From contig NCBV01000008.1 in the NCBI GenBank assembly GCA_002279355.1, positions 29,235-53,234 of the forward strand: DNA of 24,000 nt, in the 5' to 3' direction. This stretch comes from Acidiphilium sp. 37-60-79. Lineage in GTDB: Bacteria; Pseudomonadota; Alphaproteobacteria; Acetobacterales; Acetobacteraceae. Both the position numbers and the translations under genes were made by a program. The notes under the pieces are model-generated. The model worked only from the letters and a program-made list of their open reading frames with translations. It made no database searches and was not told where the DNA came from. Shown one piece after another: positions 7,510 through 16,269 of the stretch; the first letter of the stretch is position 1, and each line of letters opens with the position of its first letter.

Positions 7510-8898
7510 ATGACGATGCGTGTTCGATCATGCCGACCGATTAAGCCCTTGGCGTTGCTGCTGATGATGGTGACGGCATGGCTGAGCGGCTGTGCCCGAA
7601 TGACGACGCGCCCGCTTGATCCGGCGCAATCCGCTGCGGTGTTGCGGGCGAAAAATTTCAATGATCCGCGATTGCAGCGATTTTTGACCGCGATGGCGGC
7701 GCAGCCGACCCATCAAGGCGACGGGTATGGGTTGCGGGCTCTGGTGCTAGTGGCGGTGTATGAGCGACCGGATTTGGCGCTGGCGCAGGGGCAGGTTGCG
7801 TTGGCGCGCGCGGATCTGACCACCGCGCGGGCGCTGCCCAACCCGGTATTGTCGCTGACGCCGAGCTATAATGTGACGGATGGCATGCCCTCGCCGCTGA
7901 AAATTGGGCCGATTGTCAATTTTATCATCGGCAGTTTCGGGACGCGGCAGGCCGAGATCGGTGCGGCTTCGGCGCGCTATCGGGCGGCCCAGCTGTTGAT
8001 TGAGCAGGCGATGTGGCGCGAGCGCACCCGGGTGCGCGATGCGCTGATCACGCTTGAGCAAGCGCGTCAGCGTCTCGCTCTGGCCGCACAAGTCAAAAAG
8101 CTGGCCGTTTTGCGTTATTCGCTGATCAAAGAACGCTATCAGCACGGTATGGTCGCAGCGCCCCCGGTGATGCAGGCGCGGCTGGATGCGGCGCAGGCGC
8201 AACTGCAATGGGCGCGGGCGATGCGCCGTGCCGCGCTGGCGCTACCCGGATTGGCGGCGGCGGTTGGTGTTTCACCGACCAGTCTTGCCGCTATTGGCTT
8301 GGATGGCGGCGCCACCCGGCAAGTGCATGTTCGGATCAAGCTGGGCGCCGCGGTGCAGCGCGCTTTGACCCAACGCCCGTCGATTATCGCGGCGCTGGAC
8401 CGCTATCAGGCGGCGCAGGATCAGTTGCGGGCGGCGATTGATAACCAATTTCCCGGCGTAATTCTGGGCCCGGGCTATCATTATGATCAGGGCCAGAGCA
8501 AATATTTGCTCAATTTTTCGTTGCCCTTGCCGATATTCAACCAAAATAAAGGGCCGATTGCCGCCGCGCGGGCACAGCGACGCATCGCGGCGGCACGCTT
8601 TGTGGCGGCGCAGGCGCGGGCTTTGGCGCAAATTCGTCGCGCCGTGGCGGATCGGGCGGGCAGCGATGCGGCATTGAAATCGGCCAACCAGTTGGTGGCA
8701 GCGGCGGCTCAGAACCGGCAGAGCGCGCAGGTTGCTTCCGCGCAAGGGGCGATTGGGCCATTACGGGTACTCGCGGCGCGGCGCCAATGGCTCGTGGCGC
8801 GCGGCGAAGCGCTCCAAGCGGATGCAATGCGGTTGCGCGCAATCGCCAAGTTAGAAGACGCGCTGCACGTCGTTTTATTTCGGAGACATCGGGCATGA
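7510..8898 (+). CDS. Outer-membrane efflux factor (TolC/CzcC family lipoprotein) of an RND system
   Basis: Lipoprotein signal with lipobox LSGC (MTMRVRSCRPIKPLALLLMMVTAWLSGC). CzcC-like N-terminal repeat region (YERPDLALAQGQVALARADLTTARALPNPVLS). Two-repeat helical architecture. The stop overlaps the next gene's start as ATGA. Confidence 0.85.
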   Translation: MTMRVRSCRPIKPLALLLMMVTAWLSGCARMTTRPLDPAQSAAVLRAKNFNDPRLQRFLTAMAAQPTHQGDGYGLRALVLVAVYERPDLALAQGQVALARADLTTARALPNPVLSLTPSYNVTDGMPSPLKIGPIVNFIIGSFGTRQAEIGAASARYRAAQLLIEQAMWRERTRVRDALITLEQARQRLALAAQVKKLAVLRYSLIKERYQHGMVAAPPVMQARLDAAQAQLQWARAMRRAALALPGLAAAVGVSPTSLAAIGLDGGATRQVHVRIKLGAAVQRALTQRPSIIAALDRYQAAQDQLRAAIDNQFPGVILGPGYHYDQGQSKYLLNFSLPLPIFNQNKGPIAAARAQRRIAAARFVAAQARALAQIRRAVADRAGSDAALKSANQLVAAAAQNRQSAQVASAQGAIGPLRVLAARRQWLVARGEALQADAMRLRAIAKLEDALHVVLFRRHRA

Positions 8899-9815
8899 GC
8901 AGAATCGGCACGGCAAGGGTCGCGATGATGACGGCGATGATGGTATTTTTGCCGGGTGCGGCTTTGGCCCAGCCATCGGCGACAAGGCTGGTCCTCTCTG
9001 CCGAACAGCGCCACGATGCCGGGGTGAAGGTGCGCGCCTTGCCGCTGGTGCGCTACACGCCGACGCGCTTGGTGCCCGGAATTGTGCGCAATGTAGCACC
9101 CATTTTGGCCTTGCGGGCGGCGCTGGTGCAGCAGATGGCGCGGGCCGGTTTGGCGCGCGAGCAGGCCCGCCGCGCCGAAGCGCTGTATCGCGCCGGGCAC
9201 AATATCGCGCAGGCACAGTTGCAGCGCGCCCAGGCGGCGCAGGATGTGGCCGTGGCGCGGCTCGATGCGCTGCGCGCGCAAGCGATGGCCGGATATGGGC
9301 GGGCTTTGGGCGCTGACATTGTGGGCGATCAGGCTCGGGGGGCGACGGTGCTGACCGCGCTGGCGCATGGGGCGCCACTGATCGAGCTGGTTTTTGATGG
9401 GCAGCACGCGGCGGATGGCACGGCGGCGGGTTGGACCCGGATTGGCAAGGCCGGGGTGATGCAAGCCGGGCTGATTGGGGTGCCGGTGTATTTTTATGGG
9501 ACGGCAAACCATGCGCTGCCAGCGGGCACATCGGTGCGGCTAGCCGTGCAAACCGGACGGGTGCAATTGGGCTATCAGGTGCCTGCCAGCGCGTTGATTT
9601 ATCGGCGTGGGCGGGCGTTGATTTTTGTGCAGCATGCGCAAACAGGCCAGTTTAGGCCGGTAACGTTAGCGGTTGGGGGTGGCGCGATCATCCGGCGGCA
9701 TGGCCGGTTGCAAAGCCTGTTTGTGCCGCCAACGGCGCTGCCTGCGGACCCGCGGGTGGTGACCGAAGGTGCGGGATTGTTGCGGTCGCTGATGGTGCGC
9801 GAGGCGGGGCGATGA
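8895..9815 (+). CDS. Periplasmic adaptor (membrane fusion protein) of the RND system
   Basis: Start at MSRIGTARVAMMTAMMVFLPGAALA (signal peptide) at ATG 8895, giving 306 aa. Opens with LSAEQRHDAGVKV as in CzcB/CusB-type MFPs. Has an Ala/Gln/Arg-rich helical hairpin and a beta-rich C-terminus. Lies between the OMF and the RND pump. Confidence 0.7.
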   Translation: MSRIGTARVAMMTAMMVFLPGAALAQPSATRLVLSAEQRHDAGVKVRALPLVRYTPTRLVPGIVRNVAPILALRAALVQQMARAGLAREQARRAEALYRAGHNIAQAQLQRAQAAQDVAVARLDALRAQAMAGYGRALGADIVGDQARGATVLTALAHGAPLIELVFDGQHAADGTAAGWTRIGKAGVMQAGLIGVPVYFYGTANHALPAGTSVRLAVQTGRVQLGYQVPASALIYRRGRALIFVQHAQTGQFRPVTLAVGGGAIIRRHGRLQSLFVPPTALPADPRVVTEGAGLLRSLMVREAGR

Positions 9816-9834
9816 GATTATCGGGCGGTTTTTG

Positions 9835-12800
9835 ATGTTAACGACGCTGATCCGCACCGCGCTGCGATTCCGCCTGCTGGTGGTGCTGGTGATTGCTGGG
9901 TTGTGCGTGATCGAAATCGCGCAATTGCCCGGCGCGCATTACGGGGTGTTTCCGGAATTTGCGCCGCCGACGGTTCGAATTTCGACCGAGGCGCCGGGTT
10001 TTGGGCCACGCGGGGTCGAGCGGGCAGTTACCACGCCGATTGAGCAGGGATTGTTCGGCTTGCGCGACCTGAGCGCGATGCGCTCGCAATCGCAGGCTGG
10101 GGTTTCGACCGTGCAGCTGGTATTTGCCGGTGGCACCAAGGCTGCTGCGGATAAAACCCGCGTGGCGACGCGCCTGGCGGGCATTGAGGCGGGGTTACCG
10201 CGCGGGGTGGTGCCGGTGATTGCGCCGTTGCAGTCAGCGACGGGCACGGCGGTCGAGATTGGTCTGACCGCGCCGCACCGCTCGCTGACAACGCTGACCG
10301 CCCTCGCTGATACGTTGGTGCGCCCGGCGCTGCGTGCGGTGCCGGGGGTGGCGAATGTGGTGATATTTGGAGCACGCCCGCCGGACTTGGCGGTGATGGT
10401 GAAGCGGTCGGCGTTAGTTAACCCCCACTATGGATTCAACCAAATTGCACGCGCGGCGGGGCGGGCGAGCACGCTGCTCGGCGGCGGGTTTATCGATACG
10501 GGTCAACAGCGGATTGATCTGGCGGTCCATGGTCAAGCACACGATGCGGCGGCCTTGCGGGGCAGTTTGGTTGGCGTGGCCGGTGGAGTGCCGGTTACGC
10601 TGGGGGCGGTAGCGTGGGTGCATGTGAGCACACCGCCACGATTTGGCGCGGCACTGATCAATGGCCAGCCTGGCTTGTTGTTGATTGTGTCTTCGTTGCG
10701 CGGCGCTAACACGCTCGCGGTGTCGGCCGGGGTGGGTGCGGCGCTTGCGCGGATCACGCCCGCTTTGCGCAGCGAAGGCGTGGTGGTGCTGCCCAAGGCG
10801 CTTGATCCGGCGGGATTCATTCGTGAGGCGTTGACCGATTTGGGGCGCGTGCTGTTGATTGGCGCGGGGCTGATTTTGATTGTGCTGATGCTCACCTTGC
10901 GTGATTGGCGGATCGCCCTGATTTCGTTTGTGTCGATCCCGGTGGCGCTGCTCGCGGCAATGGCGAGCTTGCGGGCATTTGGCCTGACCTTGAACACCAT
11001 GGCGCTCGCGGGGTTGGCGATTGCGCTCGGCGAGGTCGTCGATGATGCGATTGTTGATGTTGAAAATATCGCACGGCGGTTGCAGGAAAACGCGGCGTTA
11101 GCAAAACCGGTAGCCCCCTTACGGGTGATTATGCTGGCATCATTGGAGGTGCGCAGCGCGATTATTTTTGCAACGTTTGCGGTCGCGGTGATGTTTACGC
11201 CGGTATTGCTCTTGGGCGGCGTGGCTGGGCGGTTATTTGCGCCGCTGGGCATTGCCTATATCGCTGCGATTTTATCATCGCTGATGGTCGCACTGATCTT
11301 AACCCCTGCCCTTTCGGGATTATTGCTGACACGACGCCAGAACCTCGTGGGTAACAAGGCGGGACAAAAGCTGCGCCATGCGTATAGCAGTGGTGCTGCG
11401 CGGGTTGATCGGCATGGCCGGGCACTGGGCGCTGCGTTGCTGATGGTGGTGCTGGTGGCCGGGGCGAGCGTGCCATTTTTGCGGCCGCAGTTTTTGCCGC
11501 AATTTCGCGAACAGGATGTTATTGCGCATTTCCTTGGCATCCCCGGCACGTCGCTGCACACCACCCTGGCGATTGGTCGCCGAGCGATCACGCGGCTTGA
11601 TCGGCTGCCGCAAGTGGGGGTAGTGGTGCTGCATGCCGGGCGGGCACGGCTGGGCAATGGTCATCCCGGGGTCAACAAGGCCGAGATTGATATTACGCTC
11701 AGCCGATCTGGCAACCAGCATCCGGTGGCCTCGGCGGATAAAATATTGGCGACGCTGGCAACAGTGCCGGGATTACGCTGGTGGGCCAATACATTTCTCA
11801 CCGAACGAATTAACGAGACGTTATCCGGTTTTACCGCACCGCTCACGATTTCGGTATTTGGCCCGCATTTGGCTGGAATTTCGACAGATGCCACGCATAT
11901 TGCTGCGCTAGCACGCGCGATACCGGGCGTGATTGCGGCCGATCTGGCGGCACCGCCCGATCAACCGGTGATCCGGATTACGCCGCACCGGCGCGCGATG
12001 GCGACGGCGGGATTGACCGATCGCGCCGTCGTGGGGGCGATACATGCCGCCTATGCTGGGCAAATTGTCGGGCAGGTCTATCGTGGCCTGCTGGTCGAGC
12101 CGATTATCGTGACCTTGCCTCCTGCGATGCGCCATGATCCACTGGCACTTGCGGCGTTGCCCATCGCCGGACAAGGCGGGCGGATTACCCGTTTGGGGTC
12201 GATTGCCGGGTTGAGGCAAACCAAGGCGCCCTCGGTGATTTTGCACGATGGGGGACGGCGCGTGCAGGTGGTGACAGTGCATACACGGCCCGGCGACAAT
12301 GCGGCTGTGTTAGCACGGTTGCGATCAGCGATTGCCCGGCTGCATTTGGAAGCGGGCGATTATTACGTCACCTATGGTGGCAGCGCGATTGCCGGGGCGC
12401 GGGCGCAACGAAGCCTGGCCAGTCATGCGATAATGGCCTTGGCTTGGGTGATGATTTTGCTTGGCCTTGCCTTGCGTGATGCGCGCGCGGTGGTGCTGCT
12501 TTGTTTGGGCTTACCGGTTGCGTTAGCGGGCGGGATTGCGGCGGCTTGGATTGGATTGAGTGGTCAACTCGATTTAGGGGCGATGGTTGGCTTGGCAACC
12601 TTATTTGGACTAACGCTCCGCAACGGGTTGTTGCTGTTGATCCATGCCAAGCGGTTGGTGCAAAACGGCGATGACTGGAATGCGGCGACCGCACGGCGCG
12701 CAGCGATGGACCGCCTGCCGGCGATTTTGCTCACCGCCAGCGTGACCGCGCTAGCGCTTCTGCCGCTTGCCCTCGCCGCAGGGTCGCCCGGCGATGAAAT

Positions 12801-12924
12801 TGAAGGGCCGATGGCTATCGTGATTTTGGGTGGCTTGATCCCGGCCACCTTGGTAAGTTTGTTCGCACTCCCCGCCGCCGCTGCGCGGTGGCTGGTTTTT
12901 CGCGCGCAAACCCACGAATTTTGA
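9835..12924 (+). CDS. RND efflux permease, CzcA/CusA-like (COG3696-type)
   Basis: 1029 aa from ATG 9835; the track's first 'M' at 9832 is a TTG. N-terminus LIRTALRFRLLVV...FPEFAPPTVRISTEAPG is typical of the CzcA family. TM4 motif is GLAIALGEVVDDAIVDVENI (11029-11067). Twelve-TM, two-large-loop layout. Confidence 0.92.
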   Translation: MLTTLIRTALRFRLLVVLVIAGLCVIEIAQLPGAHYGVFPEFAPPTVRISTEAPGFGPRGVERAVTTPIEQGLFGLRDLSAMRSQSQAGVSTVQLVFAGGTKAAADKTRVATRLAGIEAGLPRGVVPVIAPLQSATGTAVEIGLTAPHRSLTTLTALADTLVRPALRAVPGVANVVIFGARPPDLAVMVKRSALVNPHYGFNQIARAAGRASTLLGGGFIDTGQQRIDLAVHGQAHDAAALRGSLVGVAGGVPVTLGAVAWVHVSTPPRFGAALINGQPGLLLIVSSLRGANTLAVSAGVGAALARITPALRSEGVVVLPKALDPAGFIREALTDLGRVLLIGAGLILIVLMLTLRDWRIALISFVSIPVALLAAMASLRAFGLTLNTMALAGLAIALGEVVDDAIVDVENIARRLQENAALAKPVAPLRVIMLASLEVRSAIIFATFAVAVMFTPVLLLGGVAGRLFAPLGIAYIAAILSSLMVALILTPALSGLLLTRRQNLVGNKAGQKLRHAYSSGAARVDRHGRALGAALLMVVLVAGASVPFLRPQFLPQFREQDVIAHFLGIPGTSLHTTLAIGRRAITRLDRLPQVGVVVLHAGRARLGNGHPGVNKAEIDITLSRSGNQHPVASADKILATLATVPGLRWWANTFLTERINETLSGFTAPLTISVFGPHLAGISTDATHIAALARAIPGVIAADLAAPPDQPVIRITPHRRAMATAGLTDRAVVGAIHAAYAGQIVGQVYRGLLVEPIIVTLPPAMRHDPLALAALPIAGQGGRITRLGSIAGLRQTKAPSVILHDGGRRVQVVTVHTRPGDNAAVLARLRSAIARLHLEAGDYYVTYGGSAIAGARAQRSLASHAIMALAWVMILLGLALRDARAVVLLCLGLPVALAGGIAAAWIGLSGQLDLGAMVGLATLFGLTLRNGLLLLIHAKRLVQNGDDWNAATARRAAMDRLPAILLTASVTALALLPLALAAGSPGDEIEGPMAIVILGGLIPATLVSLFALPAAAARWLVFRAQTHEF

Positions 12925-12931
12925 TAGTGCG

Positions 12932-14587
12932 CTATTCTGACAGTCGAACCGGCGCGAGCGCCGCCCAGCGATCGATCGGGTCGGGGTTGGCGGGATGGCT
13001 GGTGCCGCCCAGATGACGCAACACGCCGCTGACGGCGTTCAATGCCGTGGTCACCGCCCCTTCGGCCCAGCCGGCGGTCCAGGAAATATCATCGCCCGCC
13101 AGGAAAATCCCGCGCTGATGGGCGGGCAGATCCTGCTGGACGAAATGGCTGAACAAGCGGCGTTGATAGCGGTAATGGCCGGGAAGATTGGCTTTGAATG
13201 CGCCCATGAAATTAGGGTCGGATTCCCAAGATACCGTGATGGGTGCGCCGATAATATGCTTGGCGATATCAAGATCAGGATAGATTTGGCGCAGGCTATG
13301 CAGCATCAGGCGGACCCGCTCATCGAGCGGTAATGCCAGCCATTTTAACGCATCGTCATTCCACGTATAGGACAAGCAAATGACGCTGGGCTGATCCGGG
13401 CCGTTATCGATCAGATAGGTGCCGCGGGTGAGCCGATCCGTCAGGGTCATGCTCATCCGGTCATGGCCCGTTGCGGGATGTTGATCGCGCCAGAACGGGC
13501 GATCAACCATCACGAAGGTTTTTGATGATTGCATGTAATGGGTACGTTCCATCGCCATCCAGAGATCGTGATGAAACAGGCTTTCGGCGCAATCAATCCG
13601 CGCCGAGAGCAGCCAGACTTGGCAGGTGACGATGGCCGCTGAATAGATGCGTTGATTGCCGTAGCGATCGGTGATCGCGATTTTGCCGTCAGCGGCCGGG
13701 GCGATGCGTGCGACGCCGGGATGCGGGACGTTGCGGTGCAGGCTCGCGAGCGAGGTGCCCGAGCGGAAATGCGCGATTGGGTCGGGGGTGCGCGCCCACA
13801 GGCGGCGGGGGAGTTGTTCAACGCCGCCGATCACCAAGCGATGTTCGTCATCCGCGCCGGTTGCGACCACGCGGAGAATTTCGAGGATGGAGTTGGGAAA
13901 ATCGGTATCCCAACCGCCGGTGCCGAAACCGACTTGGCCGAATACTTCGCGGGCGCGAAAGCCCAAATCGCGAAAGGCGCTGGATTTGGCGATGAAACCG
14001 GAGAAGCTCTCTTCATCCAACGTCTCGACCAGCCGGTGCCAGATGCGCTGGATGCCAGTGACATCGCGCAGGCGGATGGCGCGGGTGAGGGCGGGAAAAT
14101 CAGCGCCCTCGGCCAGCGCCGCACTCCAGGCGCGTTCAACGGCGGCGAACAGCGGCGGCAGATCCTGCTTGTGACGCGCGACATGTTTTTGCCCGGCGAG
14201 TTCGATGACAGTGGAGGGCGTATCCGGCGCTAACGGGTTGGGAAATCCGGTGGTACGCAGCCCGACCAGATCGAGATAGTGAAACAATGCGCGTGACGAG
14301 GGCGGAAACCGCATGGCGCCGAGTTCGGCAAAGGCTCCTGCCCCATCCTTGAACGGCTCGGATCGCAGCCGCCCGCCAATGCGGTCGCTTTCGTAAATCA
14401 CCGGCTTCAGGCCAAGTTTCATCAATTCATAGGCGGCGACGATACCCGCGATTCCCGCACCGATAATGGCGATTTCGGTGCCCTGCACGGCTGCGGGCAC
14501 GCTGCCGAGGCCGGCGGGATGGCGCAGATAATCATCATAGGCGTAGGGGAAATCCGGGCCGAACATGGTGATCGGATGGTCGGTCAT
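12932..14587 (-). CDS. Flavin-dependent amino-acid 2-monooxygenase, DavB (L-lysine 2-monooxygenase)-like, in the tryptophan 2-monooxygenase family
   Basis: Start at MTDHPITMFGPDFPYAYDDYLRHPAGLG (ATG 14587), giving 551 aa. FAD fold IAIIGAGIAGIVAAYEL. Other motifs: ELGAMRFPPS, GQVGFGTGGWDTDFPNS, LSYTWNDDA, GAFKANLPGHYRYQRRLF, FLAGDDISWTAGWAEGAVTTALNAV. Confidence 0.85.
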   Translation of the reverse strand: MTDHPITMFGPDFPYAYDDYLRHPAGLGSVPAAVQGTEIAIIGAGIAGIVAAYELMKLGLKPVIYESDRIGGRLRSEPFKDGAGAFAELGAMRFPPSSRALFHYLDLVGLRTTGFPNPLAPDTPSTVIELAGQKHVARHKQDLPPLFAAVERAWSAALAEGADFPALTRAIRLRDVTGIQRIWHRLVETLDEESFSGFIAKSSAFRDLGFRAREVFGQVGFGTGGWDTDFPNSILEILRVVATGADDEHRLVIGGVEQLPRRLWARTPDPIAHFRSGTSLASLHRNVPHPGVARIAPAADGKIAITDRYGNQRIYSAAIVTCQVWLLSARIDCAESLFHHDLWMAMERTHYMQSSKTFVMVDRPFWRDQHPATGHDRMSMTLTDRLTRGTYLIDNGPDQPSVICLSYTWNDDALKWLALPLDERVRLMLHSLRQIYPDLDIAKHIIGAPITVSWESDPNFMGAFKANLPGHYRYQRRLFSHFVQQDLPAHQRGIFLAGDDISWTAGWAEGAVTTALNAVSGVLRHLGGTSHPANPDPIDRWAALAPVRLSE

Positions 14588-15359
14588 GATTGATCGCTCC
14601 CGGCGCTGTGAATTGGTCGATAAAGAGCGGGCCTGCGATCCGCGAGCAACGGATCGCGGGCTGCCCCTCGCTGGTGCCGGCTTGGGCGAGAACGGACCCA
14701 TCCGGCGCGATGATCGAGGATAGGCCGAGATAATCTAGGTTTTGTTCGGAACCGCAATGATTGGCATAGGCGAGAAAAACCTGGTTTTCATAAGCCCTGG
14801 CGCGCACGACATGATTCGCGACAACATCATAGGGCGTCATCAAAGCGGTGGGCACCAGCAGTAGATCGGCCCCGGCGAGAGCCATCAAGCGGGCGGATTC
14901 CGGAAATTCGATATCGTAACAAATTGCGAGACCAACCCGCCAACCGCACCAATCGACAACGGCGAAACGATCACCTTGGTGGGAAAACATCGCGCGGTCG
15001 AGTGCGCCATAGAGATGCACTTTGCGGTGATTGAGGCGCAAATGTCCCGCCGCATCGATCAAGGCGGCGCTATTCGCAACCCCAGCGCCCACCCGTTCGG
15101 GATAGCCCAGGCATAAGGCAATAGCATGGCGGCTTGCGATGCTGCGCAGCTGGTCAAAGAGCGGGTCGTGCGGGGTGATCGCGAGAGCAGCACAGATTTC
15201 GGCGCCGAGATTATAGCCGGAGAGAAACATCTCGGGCAGCAGAAGCAAATCAGCACCCTGGGCGCGGGCGGCGCGGGCTTGGTGCTCAAGCAAATCCAAG
15301 CTCGCTTGCGGATTGGCAAAGCAGCCTGCGGTTTGACTAATCGCGATGCGCTGGCTCAT
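14535..15359 (-). CDS. Carbon-nitrogen hydrolase (nitrilase superfamily) amidase, DavA (5-aminopentanamidase)-like
   Basis: Start at MSQRIAISQTAG (ATG 15359), giving 274 aa. E-K-C triad contexts: LLLPEMFLSGYN, HRKVHLYG, GLAICYDIEFPE. Also LLVPTALMTPYD. As sequenced, the last ~40 aa are non-conserved and overlap the davB-like start by 53 nt (see findings). Confidence 0.8.
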   Translation of the reverse strand: MSQRIAISQTAGCFANPQASLDLLEHQARAARAQGADLLLLPEMFLSGYNLGAEICAALAITPHDPLFDQLRSIASRHAIALCLGYPERVGAGVANSAALIDAAGHLRLNHRKVHLYGALDRAMFSHQGDRFAVVDWCGWRVGLAICYDIEFPESARLMALAGADLLLVPTALMTPYDVVANHVVRARAYENQVFLAYANHCGSEQNLDYLGLSSIIAPDGSVLAQAGTSEGQPAIRCSRIAGPLFIDQFTAPGAINHDRPSDHHVRPGFPLRL

Positions 15360-15366
15360 GGCATTG

Positions 15367-16188
15367 TCAGATTTTTGCCCGGGGCAGCAGGTTTTTGAAG
15401 TGCGGGGCGGATTTGGTGGCGCGGGCGGTGATCGCGGCGGTGATATCCTCGGTGTTCCAGATGGCGGCCTGCATCCAGCCTGCGCGTTCGAGCGATTGCG
15501 CAACCGAATGATCCCGGGCGTAGAGCAGCGAATCTTTGCTGCCCGCGATGGCGAGCGGGGCGCGGGCGGCGATGGCTTTGGCCGCCTCATGGGCGAGTTG
15601 GAGCGCGCCTGCGGCGTCGGCTTCGGTGGCGTTGATGAAACCCAGCGCCTCGGCGCGCAAGGCGGGGAGCGCATAGCCGGTATAGGCCATTTGTTTCACA
15701 ACCGCATCGGGCAATAATTTGGGCAGGCGTTGCAGGGCGCCCAGATCGGCCATCATTGCGATATCGATTTCCGCGATTTTGAGGTAACTATCAGAAGCGG
15801 CAAAGCGCAGATCGCACGCTGCGGCGAGTTCGAGACCAGCACCGACACAGGCACCCTGGATCGCCGCGATGACCGGAAAGCGCGCATGCTCCAATCGGGC
15901 CAGCGCGTCTTGCATCAGCCGGGCGGTTTCATAGAAATGCGCGCGGCCAGCGGCATGGTCGGGCTTCATGGTCGAGCCGGCGGTGAACACCGATAAATCC
16001 ATGCCCGCGCAAAAATTGCGTCCTTCGCCGACAATAATCAAAGCGCGGGTGGCGCCGGTTGCATCGAGCTGCTGGATGGCGGTGGGAAAATCACGCCAGA
16101 AATCGAGGGTGAGGGCGTTGGATTGTTGCGGGCGGGTCAAAGTGAGGGTGGCGATGCCATTCGCCTCGGTTATCCGAAAATCGTCCAT
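15367..16188 (-). CDS. Enoyl-CoA hydratase/isomerase (crotonase) family protein, ECH1 / dienoyl-CoA isomerase-like
   Basis: 273 aa. Motifs: GEGRNFCAGMDL, IAAIQGACVGAGLELAAACDLRF, EIDIAMMADLGALQRLPK, LLYARDHSV. Its stop codon lies 7 nt upstream of the CN-hydrolase start, so the two are probably co-transcribed. Confidence 0.88.
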   Translation of the reverse strand: MDDFRITEANGIATLTLTRPQQSNALTLDFWRDFPTAIQQLDATGATRALIIVGEGRNFCAGMDLSVFTAGSTMKPDHAAGRAHFYETARLMQDALARLEHARFPVIAAIQGACVGAGLELAAACDLRFAASDSYLKIAEIDIAMMADLGALQRLPKLLPDAVVKQMAYTGYALPALRAEALGFINATEADAAGALQLAHEAAKAIAARAPLAIAGSKDSLLYARDHSVAQSLERAGWMQAAIWNTEDITAAITARATKSAPHFKNLLPRAKI

Positions 16189-16218
16189 GCGTGTCCCCCG
16201 ATCGATCTAGTGGCGCGA

Positions 16219-16247
16219 TCATCGCGATGGATGATGGGCGCGTCAAT
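16219..16247 (-). promoter_or_regulatory. Putative sigma70-type promoter of the crotonase-amidase-monooxygenase operon
   Basis: The minus strand reads TTGACG (16247-16242), N17, GATGAT (16224-16219), about 30 nt upstream of the ATG at 16188. GGGGGA lies 5 nt before that ATG. Pattern match only. Confidence 0.3.
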
Positions 16248-16269
16248 GGTCGTAGGGGGGTCGCAGGTC

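Noticed and set aside
10533-11252. 239-aa minus-strand ORF inside the RND gene
   Set aside because: It is antisense to a 1029-aa pump gene with clear homology. The translation is low-complexity and Ala/Ser/Thr/Pro-rich.
12932-15359. Interpretation as an auxin (IaaM/IaaH) biosynthesis pair
   Set aside because: The flavoprotein is in the same superfamily as IaaM. However, its N- and C-terminal motifs look DavB-like. The partner amidase is a nitrilase-superfamily (E-K-C) enzyme like DavA, not an amidase-signature enzyme like IaaH.
14588-15674. Upstream extensions of the davB-like ORF (to 14701) and the davA-like ORF (to 15674)
   Set aside because: The extensions are Pro/Arg/Ser-rich and overlap the preceding genes. 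Family homology starts at the internal Met residues (14587 and 15359).
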